Shown: positions 1 to 12,819 of the stretch, piece after piece | Layout of the letters: each line of letters starts with the position of its first letter | Position numbering within the stretch: position 1 is the first letter of the stretch | Assembly: GCF_046119375.1 (NCBI RefSeq) | Contig: NW_027362769.1 | Location: 132,680,001-132,744,000, forward strand | Direction: 5' to 3' | Source of the DNA: Phyllobates terribilis | Lineage: Eukaryota | DNA: 64,000 bases | Notes under the pieces: generated by a model | Told to the model about the DNA's origin: nothing | What the model saw: the letters and a program-made list of their open reading frames with translations, nothing else | Database searches by the model: none | Position numbers and translations under genes: made by a program

Positions 1-3000
1 AGTAGGGAACTTTTTTTTTTTTTAACAAACTGCAGACTGGTGTTTCTGAAACGGGAAAACCTCTTATACCTAATGTTATGTAGCACGTTGAGAATGTCCT
101 GGTGGTGTAGTGTGGGTTGATATGGCTCTGGGAAAGGCAGGTATTGTGCGCCCTTAAACCAGTAATAATACCTCCTGGGTGCCCCTTTAAAACAACATCC
201 CCTTAGTGATTCCTTTAAAAAGTCCCCTATAATGGCCCATTAAAAAAGTAATGATGCCCCTTGAGTACCAAAAAATAATCAGATTGACCGAGTCCTCTTC
301 TCCCCTACAAACTGAGCAGGAAGGCACAAGTGACGTCCACCAGCCACTTCTGCCGAGAAGGTGGTCTACAGAATGGGGGGTGGTGAAGCAAAAAGCCTAT
401 GGCTGTACCGCAGGATCTAAACCTAAAGGCGTCATATTGATGCCAGCACAGTTCAAAAGTACTTTTTTAAAAAGAAAATAATAATTTTTAGATCCAGGAT
501 GACCATCCTCCGTGCTCCCATGCTTATGCCACTGTCTGCAACCCTATAAAAAAACAACGTACCGCCAGTTCTACTAGAGGAGGAATACTACTACTATTAC
601 ACATATTATTGACCCTATAGAATATATCTGATCCATCTCTTCTCCCCCAGAGCCCACACCTTATGTGACATCATCCCACTGAGCAGCAGCCTCCTGCAAA
701 CCCAACCTCACAGCCCTGTCTGCTGGAACATAGCGCTTTGTATGGATCCATACAGGACGGTGTCATAGCTTTACCATGCATTCAAGTTCATGAACGCAAA
801 TCGAAGTTTCTGTGCCAGACATGAGACTGCATGACAAATGCAACCTGGCTAAAAAAAAAATAAAAAATTAGAAACCAGAAGAATATTCATGCATCATCTT
901 TCCTGAGTGCACACCTATTTCATGCATTTGTCATTTTAGTGTATGCACTGCCCCTTTCTCTAAAATATTTATCCCCCACCCCCCTGTGTTGTCAGTCATG
1001 CGGCAAACCCTTTGCAGAATATTTGTTGTAAACGAGTGCTAGCTGCATGTTGCAGTTAGAGGTTGGTGCAGCAGGTGGCGCTGGTGTCCACTGTTCCTTG
1101 CAGCCTTCTCTGCTTCTGTAAGCCTTTTCTTGGTATATATTAGCCACTGTAGAGTGATGCTCAGAGCAGGAAGCAGAGAGAGAAAAGAAGAGGCTTGTGG
1201 AGGAGCTTCACGGTCTTTTTCAGGCATAATGGATTAAGGGTAAATGCTTTGTCAGCTTTTGTGGCTAGGGATTTCAGCCTCTTGAGCAGGAGCAGCATTC
1301 CATCTTGATCATTTTGTTGGAGCAGGTCCCTCTTCTGATATGATTTGCAGAGTTTCTCCCACATCAGGTAAGCCTGCAGCTTTTTTTTTTTTTTTTTTTT
1401 TTGAGCATTGCTGTTATGGCTGGTCCCTGCCTGGTTTACTAATAATGTTTGCAGCAGTGGTGCAGTGCATGAGGCTGGAGGGGTTACTGTAACACCTCTG
1501 TGTTTTGCTATGTTTTGCTACAATGTATGAGGACAGTTGTGATGCTATGTGCTGGCACTGCTGCATTTGGTGCCACCTTGATTTAGTGGCCTGTAGTGGT
1601 CATGATGTTGCTGTAAAGACACTTGGTGAATAAATGATGCAGAATAGGTAACATGGGGGGGGGGAGAGGGAGGTTGTAAAAATAAAAAAAATCACATCTT
1701 CCCTTTATCTGAAGTTAGTGTCTCCAATAAAGGTCATATATTGGTTGTGCGCAGACAGAAGGGTAGTGTTCCCTGATACCCCGGGACATTGGTGTAGACA
1801 CAATGCAGAGCCGGCATTATTGTATGGTCTCCTCCTTACATGACTCAGGTTGCTGCTAGAATTTGGGCACTGTCTGCAGGAGGATATGGCTAGAACCCGA
1901 CGATCCGTTAGTATTTTACCCTATATGTCTTCGGCCATGGGACTTACTATTTTTTTTTTTGCAGGGCCATAATTTGTGACAGCCAATTAGTGATTTAGAC
2001 TTGAACGTTGGATGGTAATAATAGAAGACGAAAAATAAATAAATAAATTAGGATTTTTTTTTTTTAATGACCTATTAGAACGTGCTGATTTTCCCTGGAA
2101 GGATAATGGTTCGGGACCGATGGCACATAGACAATTCCCTGATCCTCTCCAGTTTTATGGATGAGAAGGGATAAGGATTTGATCACTTTATGTAATACAG
2201 CTTGATAGAAGATTGAGGCACCGCCAGCACATCAGGATGCAGACCATCACCATGCCTGCTGCTGATGCCTCAAGTGTCATCATGATTTTACTCCATTAGA
2301 TGGCACTATTTGGTTTCATAAGCTCCGGCTATGCTGCATATTGTAACTAATGTGACACCATTGATTTCTTTTGCGCATTTCCCAAAATGTACAGGACTGA
2401 TTTATATCTGCATTTTTTTTTTTTTATATCGACATCAGATCACTGGTGGAATTTGCTTTTGATGGGTAGATACAATCAGATGAACCCTAAATCTGGGCGT
2501 AAAAAAAAAAAATGCAAGTATGGCTCTAATGTATCAGTTTATAAATTCACGGAGAAGGTTTATACGTTGGGTCTGATCACGTCCTCGGCCTTGGGATCGT
2601 TTCCCAAAATTGGATGTATTTTAAGATGAAGTTCTTATCACCTTGCTCATTGATTTGTGTCCCGGGCGGGCCTGGTGCCGGATCATCTCCCAGAGGGGCC
2701 CTTTGTTTTCAAAACATGAAAAGAGCACCATGATATAGATGTGCAGCCATGCGGGATCTGATCATTAGCGTATACAACAATAAGATCATTTATCAGAAGG
2801 GAAAAGAAGATCATCCGGGTTTGTTACGTCTCCGAGGAAGAATCCGTGCTTCCTTTGAGAATCTCCATTTTTTTTTTTATTTAGCCCCCTTTTTCGCTGC
2901 AGTCGTCTACATTACTGAATTCACCTGACTCATCAGAAACGGTCACTTCCTTTGAAATGGTCATTAATTATAGAGTAGTTCCTGTCAGCATCCTTTACCA

Positions 3001-4804
3001 TAACACAAGGTCTCATATAAGGTTCTGTTCGGAGGTTTTATACGGATGGAATAAAAATGGCCATTTGTTACTGACCTTGTGGTCTCGGTATGTCTTTACA
3101 CCCATACCATATGTAATAAAATGTATCCATATCCTCTAGTAAGATATTACATACAATCCGTAACTGTATCACACTGGACAATATTAGACCCATTTATGTC
3201 CAGGGTACAAGTATTGACTTAAAGGGTTACTAAAACCAAAATCCATTCTGGCCCATTGTAAAAATCATAGTAATGAGATTTGCATTTAATAATATAATAA
3301 TGTTATTTGAGATACTGATTTTTCTGTAGAGGAGGTTGAACTATACAAAGTAGTCTCACTGCAGTCAGCCTCTCCCCAGCCTGAAATGACTGCCGCCGTT
3401 ACAAGACACCTGGTAAAGGCATCCTCCAGCTGGTTCCTAGTTCTTCTCTCTTTCCAATTTTACCTTTAAAAAAGAAAAAAAATAATATATATATATACAT
3501 CAGAAATAATGCACAAGCACTCTGCAATATTATTGGCCATTTTCAGCTTGCAAAATATATGGGGATGTGGAGGTGTGGGCACATAGTGAGAAATAGTACC
3601 AACTTCCACCGAGGCAGGGAAGCCGAGGGGTGCAGCCTGCTACCTACTATGGTACATGTTACTTATCTGTTGCCTAAAGTTGCTATAAAATGTAGAATTA
3701 CTAAATTTGCAATTAGGAACTCATTGTATATTGATTTTCATCCAGTATTGTGGATAATTAAAAAATCTCATATTTGATGTAAGGGAACCACAATGGGCCT
3801 CATGTTTGTGCCATTCTAAGGTATCCTAAAATCAAGCCAAATTAGAATGTGTTACTGCGGAATTAATTTCTTTAATGTTTGTAATATTTCATAAATTCTT
3901 AAAAGTTTCATAAATTCTTAAAAGTTTGACCATAATCAGTAGTTTATGGTACAATCTTCTGATCAGATGTTTCTTGTATTTTATTAAATATTCAACTATT
4001 TATGCTTATAAATGTTAAGCGGACAGTCTATGGGCCAGCCCCATGGTTCAGCCACGGTTGTACGGGACCACCATAACACCAGGTTGGCATAGGCTCATAA
4101 TGGGCACCTATTAACCAATTAACTTTGGCGCCAGTCTCCTGTCACCATGGCCTAGTCACAAATAACTTTGCAGGCCTTATTGCTAATGTCCTGTGTATAC
4201 AAGGGCTTAGAAGTGAACCCACACATGTCCTCTAGAGATGGATCAGAATAATTCCCTCTGTTTGGCTCAAAAAAGCCCTGCAAAGCTGCAAGTGAAACTT
4301 AGAATAGTGCGGCCTCTACAACCCAAAATCAATCGTTGACATCTCGCCGAGCCCCATGTAAACAACGACTGATGCTTGCGAGGTAACCTCTCACCAGTAG
4401 GGGGCATATAAGAAGATAGAAAATGAATTAATAAATATCTAGTAGTTGGTTTCTGGTCAGACCCTCCTTTTTAGTACATGATTTAATTTCCAAAGATGAA
4501 AGAGGTTTCAGTGCTTGACAGCTTCGGTAACAATGGGACAAGCTGTCACCAAACAGGGTGAGTCACAGCCAGCCACGTCATGGGATAGAATGGATTCTAG
4601 CGAGTGTCAGCGGAAAAAGCAAAGCCAAACTGAAATTATTTTTTCCCAGACGTTTTGTGACAGGCGCGCAGCTGTAAGGACAAGGACGAACCGAGAGGGC
4701 ATCATTTCCAAGACAACATAGTGGTCAGGGCACGGTTACAGTAAATTGGGAACAACGTAGACAAGTGTCATAGAGGAGGGGAAATACCATAATGATAGAT
4801 AAGC

Positions 4805-7060
4805 TCACACCACACAGCTACACCCTATATACTGCCACAACCTATACACAGCTACACCCTATATATACCCTGTACACAGCTACACCCTATATACTGCCAC
4901 AACCTATACACAGCTACACCCTATATATACCCTGTACACAGCTATACCCTATATACTGCCACAACCTATACACAGCTACACCCTATATATACCCTGTACA
5001 CAGCTATACCCTATATACTGCCACAACCTATACACAGCTACACCCTATATATACCCTGTACACAGCTACACCCTATATACTGCCACAACCTATACACAGC
5101 TACACCCTATATATACCCTGTACACAGCTACACCCTATATACAGCCACAGCCTATACACAGCTACACCCTATATACCGCCACAACCTATACACAGCTACA
5201 CCCTATATATACCCTGTACACAGCTACACCCTATATACAGCCACATCATATACACAGATACACCCTATATACAGCCACAACCTATACACAGCTACACCCT
5301 ATATATACCCTGTACACAGCTACACCCTATATACAGCTACAGTCTATATACAGCTACAGTCTATATACAGCTATAACCTATATACCGCTACACCTTATAT
5401 ACCGCTAAAGCCTGTATACAGCTACACCCAATATACAGCCACAACCTATACACAGCTACACCCTATATACAGTCACAACCTATACACAGCTACACCCTAT
5501 ATATACCCTGTACACAGCTACACCCTATATACAGCCACAACCTATACACAGCTACACCCTATATATACCCTGTACACAGCTACACCCTATATACAGCCAC
5601 AACCTATACACAGCTACACCCTATATATACCCTGTACACAGCTACACCCTATATACTGCCACAACCTATACACAGCTACACCCTATATACAGCCACAACC
5701 TATACACAGCTACACCCTATATACAGCCACAACCTATACACAGCTACACCCTATATACAGCCACAACCTATACACAGCTACACCCTATATACAGCCACAA
5801 CCTATACACAGCTACACCCTATATACAGCCACAACCTATACACAGCTACACCCTATATATACCCTGTACACAGCTACACCCTATATACAGCCACACTCTA
5901 TATACTGCTGCACCCTATATATAGCTACACCCTATATACAGCTATATCCTATATACAACTACAACCTAAATACAGCTACACTCAATATACAGCCACAACC
6001 TATATACAGCTACACCCTATATACAGTTACACCTTATATACAGCTACAGCTTATGCACAGCTACACCCTGTATACAGATACACCCTATATACAACTACAG
6101 CTTATATGCAACTACAACTTATATACAGCTACTACATATATACATCAACACCCTTTATACAGCTACACGCTACATACAGCTACACCATAAATACAGCCAC
6201 ATTCTGCATACAGCTATATCCTGTGTACGGCAACACCCTGTATACAGTTACACTCAATATACAGTCACACTCTGTACAGCCAGAGCCTAAATACTGCTAC
6301 CCTTTATATACAGCTACATGCTAAATAGTCACACTCTATATACAGCTGCAGCCTATATACAGTTACACCCTATATAAAAACATATTTTATATAGATACAG
6401 CTGCACCCAATATACAGCCACACACTGTATACAGCTACAGCCTATATACTGCTACGCCCTATATATAGCTATACCCAATATACAGCTACATCCAATATAC
6501 AGCTACAGCCTATGTACAGCTACACCCTATATGCAACTACAGTATATACAGAGATATATACACTATATACAGCCACAACCTATATACAGATACACCCTAT
6601 ATACAGCTACAGCCTATATACGACTACACATTATATACAGCTACACCCTGTATACAACTATACCATATATACAAATATAGCTTATTTACAACTACAGCTT
6701 ATATACAGCTACAACATATATATATCAACACCCTTTATACAACAATACCCAATATACAGCCACACGCTACATACAGCTACACCCTATATACGCTACACCC
6801 TAAATACAGCCACATTCTGTATACAGCTATATCCTGTATTCAGCTACAGCCTATATACAGCTACACCCAATATACAGACACACTCTATATACATCTACAA
6901 CCTATATACTTCTACACTTTATATACACCTACACCCTATATACAGCTACATGCTAAAAACAGTCACACTCTATATACAGCTGCAGCCTATATACAGTTAC
7001 ACCCTATATGAAGACACATTGTGTATACAGATACACCCTATGTACAGCTACACCCTATAC
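4805..7060. repeat. Minisatellite built on a 17-bp unit (CAGCTACACCCTATATA) with 34-bp and 62-bp higher-order periods
   Basis: Direct tandem repetition. The 62-bp period (34+28) is seen at about 4813-5660, pure 34-bp units at about 5660-5830, and more diverged 17-mers beyond. Boundaries approximate. Confidence 0.95.
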
Positions 7061-7729
7061 GCAATAATGGGGGGTATCTGCAAAGCAGAGAAAAGTGACA
7101 ATCCCTATAGTCCATTATGTAGAAATATATAAAGTGTAAGGAGGCTGCCGGGCAAATAGTTAATGGGAGGTATGCATCACTGAGGTGGTTGTCCTCTGTG
7201 ATGTAAAAACCAGCCGGACTTTTAAATAGAAATGGTTCCTGTGATACCTCATCCCGCTCCCATATGAGTAGTATTGTTACAACAGCTACACCCTATACAC
7301 AGCTACACCCTATATACAGCTACACGCTACATAAAGCTACAGCCTATGTACATCTACAACCTATAAAAATGGTAGAAAAACTTCGGCACTCCAAATATGA
7401 TGTAAATAAAGTTTATTTAATTAAACCCCATGTGGCAAAGCAGATGTTAAATTAACCAACGTTTCGATCCAAAGGGTCTTTTTCAAGATACATCTATACA
7501 GAAAAAAGTAATAAAAATCAGAAAACAAATCAGAAGAAAAACAACATACCGTAAGTAATGAAAAAACATGCCTGGGGAAGAAAAATGTACCACAATCATG
7601 CAATAATATTAAATGGCAGTCACAATGGTACAATATATTTGATAAGATAATATATCCAGAGGAACAGTATCAAAATATGCAATAAACGAAGCTTAAGGAA
7701 GAGTACTCGTAGGGGAAGGGCATCCCATG

Positions 7730-8308
7730 ATAAACCCTAAATACAGCTACACTCTATATACAGCCTATATACAGCTACACCCAATATACAGCTACACGCT
7801 ACATAAAGCTACAACCTACGTATGTACAGCTACACCCTTTGTACAGCTACAGTATATACAGAGCTATACACTATATACAGCCAAAACCTTTACACAGCTA
7901 TACCCTACATACGGCTACATCCTGTATACAGCTACATCCTAAAAAAACAGCAACACTATATTTACAGCCTCAACCTTTATACAGCTACAGGCTATATACA
8001 GCTACACTATATTTACAGCCTCAACCTTTATACAGCTACAGGCTATATACAGCTACACTATATTTACAGCCTCAACCTTTATACAGCTACAGGCTATATA
8101 CAGCTACACTATATTTACAGCCTCAACCTTTATACAGCTACAGGCTATATACAGCTACACTATATTTACAGCCTCAACCTTTATACAGCTACAGGCTATA
8201 TACAGCTACACTATATTTACAGCCTCAACCTATATACAGCTACAGGCTATATACAGCTACACTATATTTACAGCCTCAACCTATATACAGCTACAGGCTA
8301 TATACAGC
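7730..8308. repeat. Same minisatellite, 51-bp (3x17) variant, left of the LTR insertion
   Basis: Unit CTACACTATATTTACAGCCTCAACCTTTATACAGCTACAGGCTATATACAG, about 7 copies from about 7955. A short block of 17-mers also lies at about 7280-7365. Confidence 0.93.
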
Positions 8309-9556
8309 TGACTCGCCCAGGGAGATATGGGGGACTCGGTGCCCGGGCCTTTACCTTCTTGGGATGTCACTGCGGTCGGCTCCCGGGCCCGTACTCTGGG
8401 GTCACTCTTTGAAAGGGGCTTGTCATTCGATGGGATGAATATTAGTTTTGTCTCGTGACGCCACCTGTGGTTCCCGGTAATGGGTACCGGCGCTGCTGCA
8501 GACCTCTGGAGCAGGTGTTAGGGCAGCTGGGTTGGTGCGGCTCTCCACAGGCAGAGCACAGCTCCAGGGCAGTGTAGGTGCAGATGGTGATGCTGGGCGT
8601 TGTAGTGCAGGAGGGATAACGTGGTGGAAATAACTGACAGAAGCAATGGGGTGCAGTCATCCGAGTTTACTCACAGTTATTCAGGTTCTTCAGGTGGCAC
8701 TGTACAGGTGTCAGCCTCTCACGTCGTGCTGCGTTTACCAGGCAGGGGTTCAGCACTCCCTCAAGTATCTCAAGAGCACTTAACGGGACCCCTCTATTTA
8801 TGTTCCTTGCTTAGCCGACTTCCCGCGCTGGGTCTCTCCCTCCTGCCCTGCGCCTCGCCACACAAAGTCCCGAACGGGTACCTTGAGATCCCTCTGGGCA
8901 ACTTGAAGTTCCCGGACCTGACTTGGTGCCCTTTTTGGCGGCTTAGGTGCGAAAGTGGCAACTGCACCCTGAAAGTGCAGAAGCCTCCGGTTTTCCAGCC
9001 GAGACCTGAAGTACCTCTACTAGTCCAGGGACCGATTCCCTTCTTGCGGCCTGATCCCTCTGACGCCTGGCAGAAACGGGTGTACGGGTGCCGTCCTGCA
9101 CTCACCGTACCCACTGGGATCCCTTCTATTTCTGGAGCCTTCCTCCCTGACCCCCCTCTCACTCTTGGGCCTCTCTTACTAGGCCCCACTCGGGAGCAGA
9201 GCTCCTGAAGAGACTCTGCTCCTCTCCTCTTCTCTCTCACTGAATCCACTCACTGAACTCCCACTCTAAGATGGCTTCCCTTAATATACTACTCCTGACA
9301 GTGCTCCCCTGTTCTACGTCCTCCACCCACACCCACTACATGGTTCCCCCTCACTTTTGGTTCCCCCCACTCCAGCCAGGGACGGGGCAGCAGAAGAAGT
9401 ACATAATGCCCTTCCAGCCAGCCTGGAGTAGTATAGTGTTGAGTGCAGATGTTGGGGTCCCGGGCAGTACTCCATCCTTACCTGAGAGAAGGAGATGCCA
9501 CACCTCTGGGTGAGGTGCAGTACCTCTGTGGCGACTGAACCCTCAGGGGCACCACA
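8309..9556 (-). repeat. 3' LTR of the CSD element
   Basis: Direct repeat of 14154-15401; about 43 substitutions counted by eye (about 3.5%). Confidence 0.95.
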
Positions 9557-9570
9557 TTATCCCCCGGTAA
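9557..9570 (-). promoter_or_regulatory. Short polypurine tract abutting the 3' LTR
   Basis: Minus strand TTACCGGGGGATAA immediately before TGTGG; comparable to TTACTAGGGGGGAA at 57438-57451. Confidence 0.65.
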
Positions 9571-10308
9571 AACACAGCACGTCCGCAGGCTGGAACAGAG
9601 TGAAACACGGTATATTACAGACTTGCAATTTTTAGAATGCATTCACATATAAGATTATAAACAAATGCTTTCTTCCCTTTATGGGAGGCACTTTTTCTTA
9701 AACGTTGCTGGTTACTTTTATCAAAAACATTATAAAACTTTCTTCAGATATATAAAACATTTTTCATATAAGACATTCTTCTTAAAGTTACAGTGAATCC
9801 CATAACCAGGTGTCCATCTCACTGGTGAAGGTGCAACATGAGTAGCATGAAGGACCCGTCTGAAAACCCTCAACGTAGGCCCTGGGCGTGGCTACAGGGC
9901 ATAAGTGATCCAGGTGTTGGACCACGTCTTCGGCCACGCCAAACGGGTTTTTGTTCAGTTGTTCAGTGGTCTTTTAATATAAAACCAATAGAGGGCACTT
10001 TAATAAGTGCAACTATTTACGAAGGACAGTTTCTTGGTTATTCACCATCCATAAACTACAGTCTCTATACCCTCACGGGTAACTAAATGCATATATTATT
10101 TTCAGTTCACATAAACAGATTTTTCCCACTGTACCCTGACGGGTAACTATTTTACACAGTGTCCACTCACTCTTACTCAGTAGTGGTGTCCCCGCCTGGG
10201 GTATGCCTGGTTTTTGCCGACTGACCCAGCCGGGTCATCAGCCTCAGGCTGCAGGGGCATGTCCTCCTCCTCCTCGACCAACGCGGGTGGTATGTCCTCC
10301 AAGTGCAT

Positions 10309-10524
10309 CACACGATGCACTTGGAGGACATACCACCCACGTTACCCGTGGTGCCCGGTGTAGGTGACATGGTCACCGGGGTAGAGATTTCGATTGGGAT
10401 GGCCCTGTTCCAGGTGGGGCTCGACATCCCGCCGATTAACAAAAATGTCTCTGTCGAATTGCGGATTACGGATAAAGCCCCATCCGGCTTCCAGATCGAA
10501 CTTCACTATTAGTCCTTCCGCACG
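10309..10524 (-). other. Cold-shock domain (OB-fold nucleic-acid-binding domain) coding segment
   Basis: RAEGLIVKFDLEAGWGFIRNPQFDRDIFVNRRDVEPHLEQGHPNRNLYPGDHVTYTGHHG*RGWYVLQVHRV. RNP1-like AGWGFI (consensus KGFGFI), RNP2-like DIFVN (DVFVH), LxxGxxVxY (L.EG..V.F) and the final beta strand are in canonical order and spacing. No HMM was run. Confidence 0.85.
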
Positions 10525-11733
10525 GGGACTAGGCCGGACGGACTCTGTATGGCGGACGTGAGCTTTGGCAGCCTTGTTCCTGGCCTCCATTTGTTCCCAG
10601 CGCACCCGCCGGGTGCGCTGTTCCTTTGCCAGCTGCAGGAGCTCCTGTCTGCAGAACTCCTCCCTCTGCAGAGCTTGGGCCTGGGTCTCCTGCGGGAACC
10701 ACATCAGGTCCCCCCCCCCCCGGTTGTCCCACCTAAATTCTTCTCCTCCTTGGCGGGCAGCCGGGGGTGCTGGTGCGGGGACTGGAGGAAGTTGTTGCTG
10801 GTCATAATACTTTGCGGACCAGTCAAAAGAGGGCGCTCCATATACCCTCTCGGGTGCCGGGGCTGGCGATTCTGGGAGGGAGCCGAGCAGCAGGTCCGCG
10901 GAGTCGACGCCCGGGGTTGGAGGTTCCGGGCTCAGGAGTTGCTCCAGGGCGTACGCGGCCGGAGGGTTCTATAGGAGGCCCAGGAGCTGGTCAGCGCTAT
11001 CAGCGCCCGGGATAGGGGAACTTCTCCTACCTGCTCCTGTGCTGCACGAGGCCTCCTGGCGTTCTTCCGGCTCCACCGGGGCTGGGTTGCTGCTGGTGGC
11101 ACGCCGTGCTGACTGCCGCCGGGCTGCAATCTTCGCCAGGAGCTCCTCCTTCCATCTTGCGACCACCGCTTGCTGGGCCGTTATAATGAACACGCTCGGG
11201 TTGAGTGGCGTGTGCATGTATATGTAGTGATTCCACTGGACCGTGCCGGAGAGTGAATGCCTGGAGGGGCGTAACTAAGTATCCACCCGATCCGACCAGG
11301 GTCGCACGACGGCATACAACGCCAGTGCACCAAGGAGGAACTGAGCAGAGAGACCAGGTGCTACTCCAGGACAGACCCCGGACACGGCTGTTGACCCACA
11401 CAGGGGAGTACAGGAACAGGCAGGTTAGGCTGGCACACAGACTGCTGGGTATAGGCAGACACGGCTGGTATGCAGACTGGCGGATGCTGGTAAGCACGAC
11501 TGGTATGCAGGCAGAGAGGTACTGGCAGCTACGACAGGTTGGAGCACCGAGTGGATAGGACCCAGTACAGACTGGGACACAGGAACAGACCCGCAGATGC
11601 GGTGGACAAACAGCAGAGTGAGGCCGCCCAGAGTGGCGAGCAAGAGCAGAACAAGACGAGACCGCCTGGAGCGGTGAGCGAGAGAAGAGCAGGACAAGGC
11701 CGCCTGGAGCGGTGAGCGAGAGAGGAGCAGGAC

Positions 11734-11892
11734 GAGACTGCCGAAGCAGCGAGCAAAGGGTCAGAGCAGAGCGAGACTGTCGGAGCAGCGAGCAAAGGGT
11801 CAGAGCAGAGCGAGACTGCCGGAGCAGCGAGCAAAGGGTCAGAGCAGAGCGAGACTGCCGGAGCAGCGAGCAAAGGGTCAGAGCAGAGCGAG
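11734..11892. repeat. 39-bp tandem repeat x4 inside the solo LTR
   Basis: GAGACTGCCGGAGCAGCGAGCAAAGGGTCAGAGCAGAGC repeated four times. Confidence 0.9.
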
Positions 11893-12819
11893 ACCGCAGA
11901 CGCGGTAGACAGGGCTGAGCAGAGCAGAGCCACAGACATGGTAGACAAGGCTGAGCAGAGCGAAACCGCAGACGCGGTAGACAAGTCTGAGCAGAGCAGA
12001 ACCGCAGACGCGGTGGACAAGGCTGAGCAGAGCAAAACCGCAGACGCGGTAGACAAGGCTGAGCAGAGCAGAACCGCAGATGCGGTGGACAAGGCTGAGC
12101 AGAGCAGAACCGCAGACGCGGTGGACAAGGCTGAGCCGAGCAGAACCGCAGACGCGGTAGACAAGGCTGAGCAGAGCAGAACCGCAGACGCGGTGGACAA
12201 GGCTGAGCAGAGCAAAACCGCAGACGCGGTAGACAAGGCTGAGCAGAGCAGAACCGCAGACGCGGTGGACAAGGCTGAGCAGAGCAGAACCGCAGACGCG
12301 GTGGACAAGGCTGAGCAGAGCAAAACCGCAGACACTGTAGACAAGGCTGAGCAGAGCAGAATCGCAGACGCGGTAGACAAGGCTGAGCAGAGCAGAACCG
12401 CAGACGCGGTGGACAAGGCTGAGCAGAGCAAAACCGCAGACGCGGTAGACAAGGCTGAGCAGAGCAGAACCGCAGATGCGGTGGACAAGGCTGAGCAGAG
12501 CAGAACCGCAGACGCGGTGGACAAGGCTGAGCAGAGCAGAACCGCAGACGCGGTAGACAAGGCTGAGCAGAGCAGAACCGCAGACGCGGTGGACAAGGCT
12601 GAGCAGAGCAAAACCGCAGACGCGGTAGACAAGGCTGAGCAGAGCAGAACCGCAGACGCGGTGGACAAGGCTGAGCAGAGCAGAACCACAGACGCGGTGG
12701 ACAAGGCTGAGCAGAGCAAAACCGCAGACGCTGTAGACAAGGCTGAGCAGAGCAGAATCGCAGACGCGGTAGACAAGGCTGAGCAGAGCGAAACCGCAGA
12801 CGTGGTGGACAAGGCTGAG
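11893..12819. repeat. 36-bp tandem repeat, about 25-26 copies, inside the solo LTR
   Basis: ACCGCAGACGCGGTGGACAAGGCTGAGCAGAGCAGA units; no unique spacers. Confidence 0.95.

Noticed and set aside
1039-2830. Fragments faintly resembling a MADF/Myb-like protein of a Harbinger transposon (for example ENKGPLWEM on the minus strand near 2700)
   Set aside because: Too degenerate to support by eye, and no TIR or TSD was identified. A tBLASTn or HMM search would be needed.
4792-8438. Several 190-206-aa Tyr/Thr/Ile-rich ORFs
   Set aside because: They are translations of the stop-poor minisatellite in several frames.
8621-9249. 195-aa and 151-aa ORFs inside the LTR
   Set aside because: Both are truncated by stops in the sister LTR (14466-15094) and have no recognisable domain.
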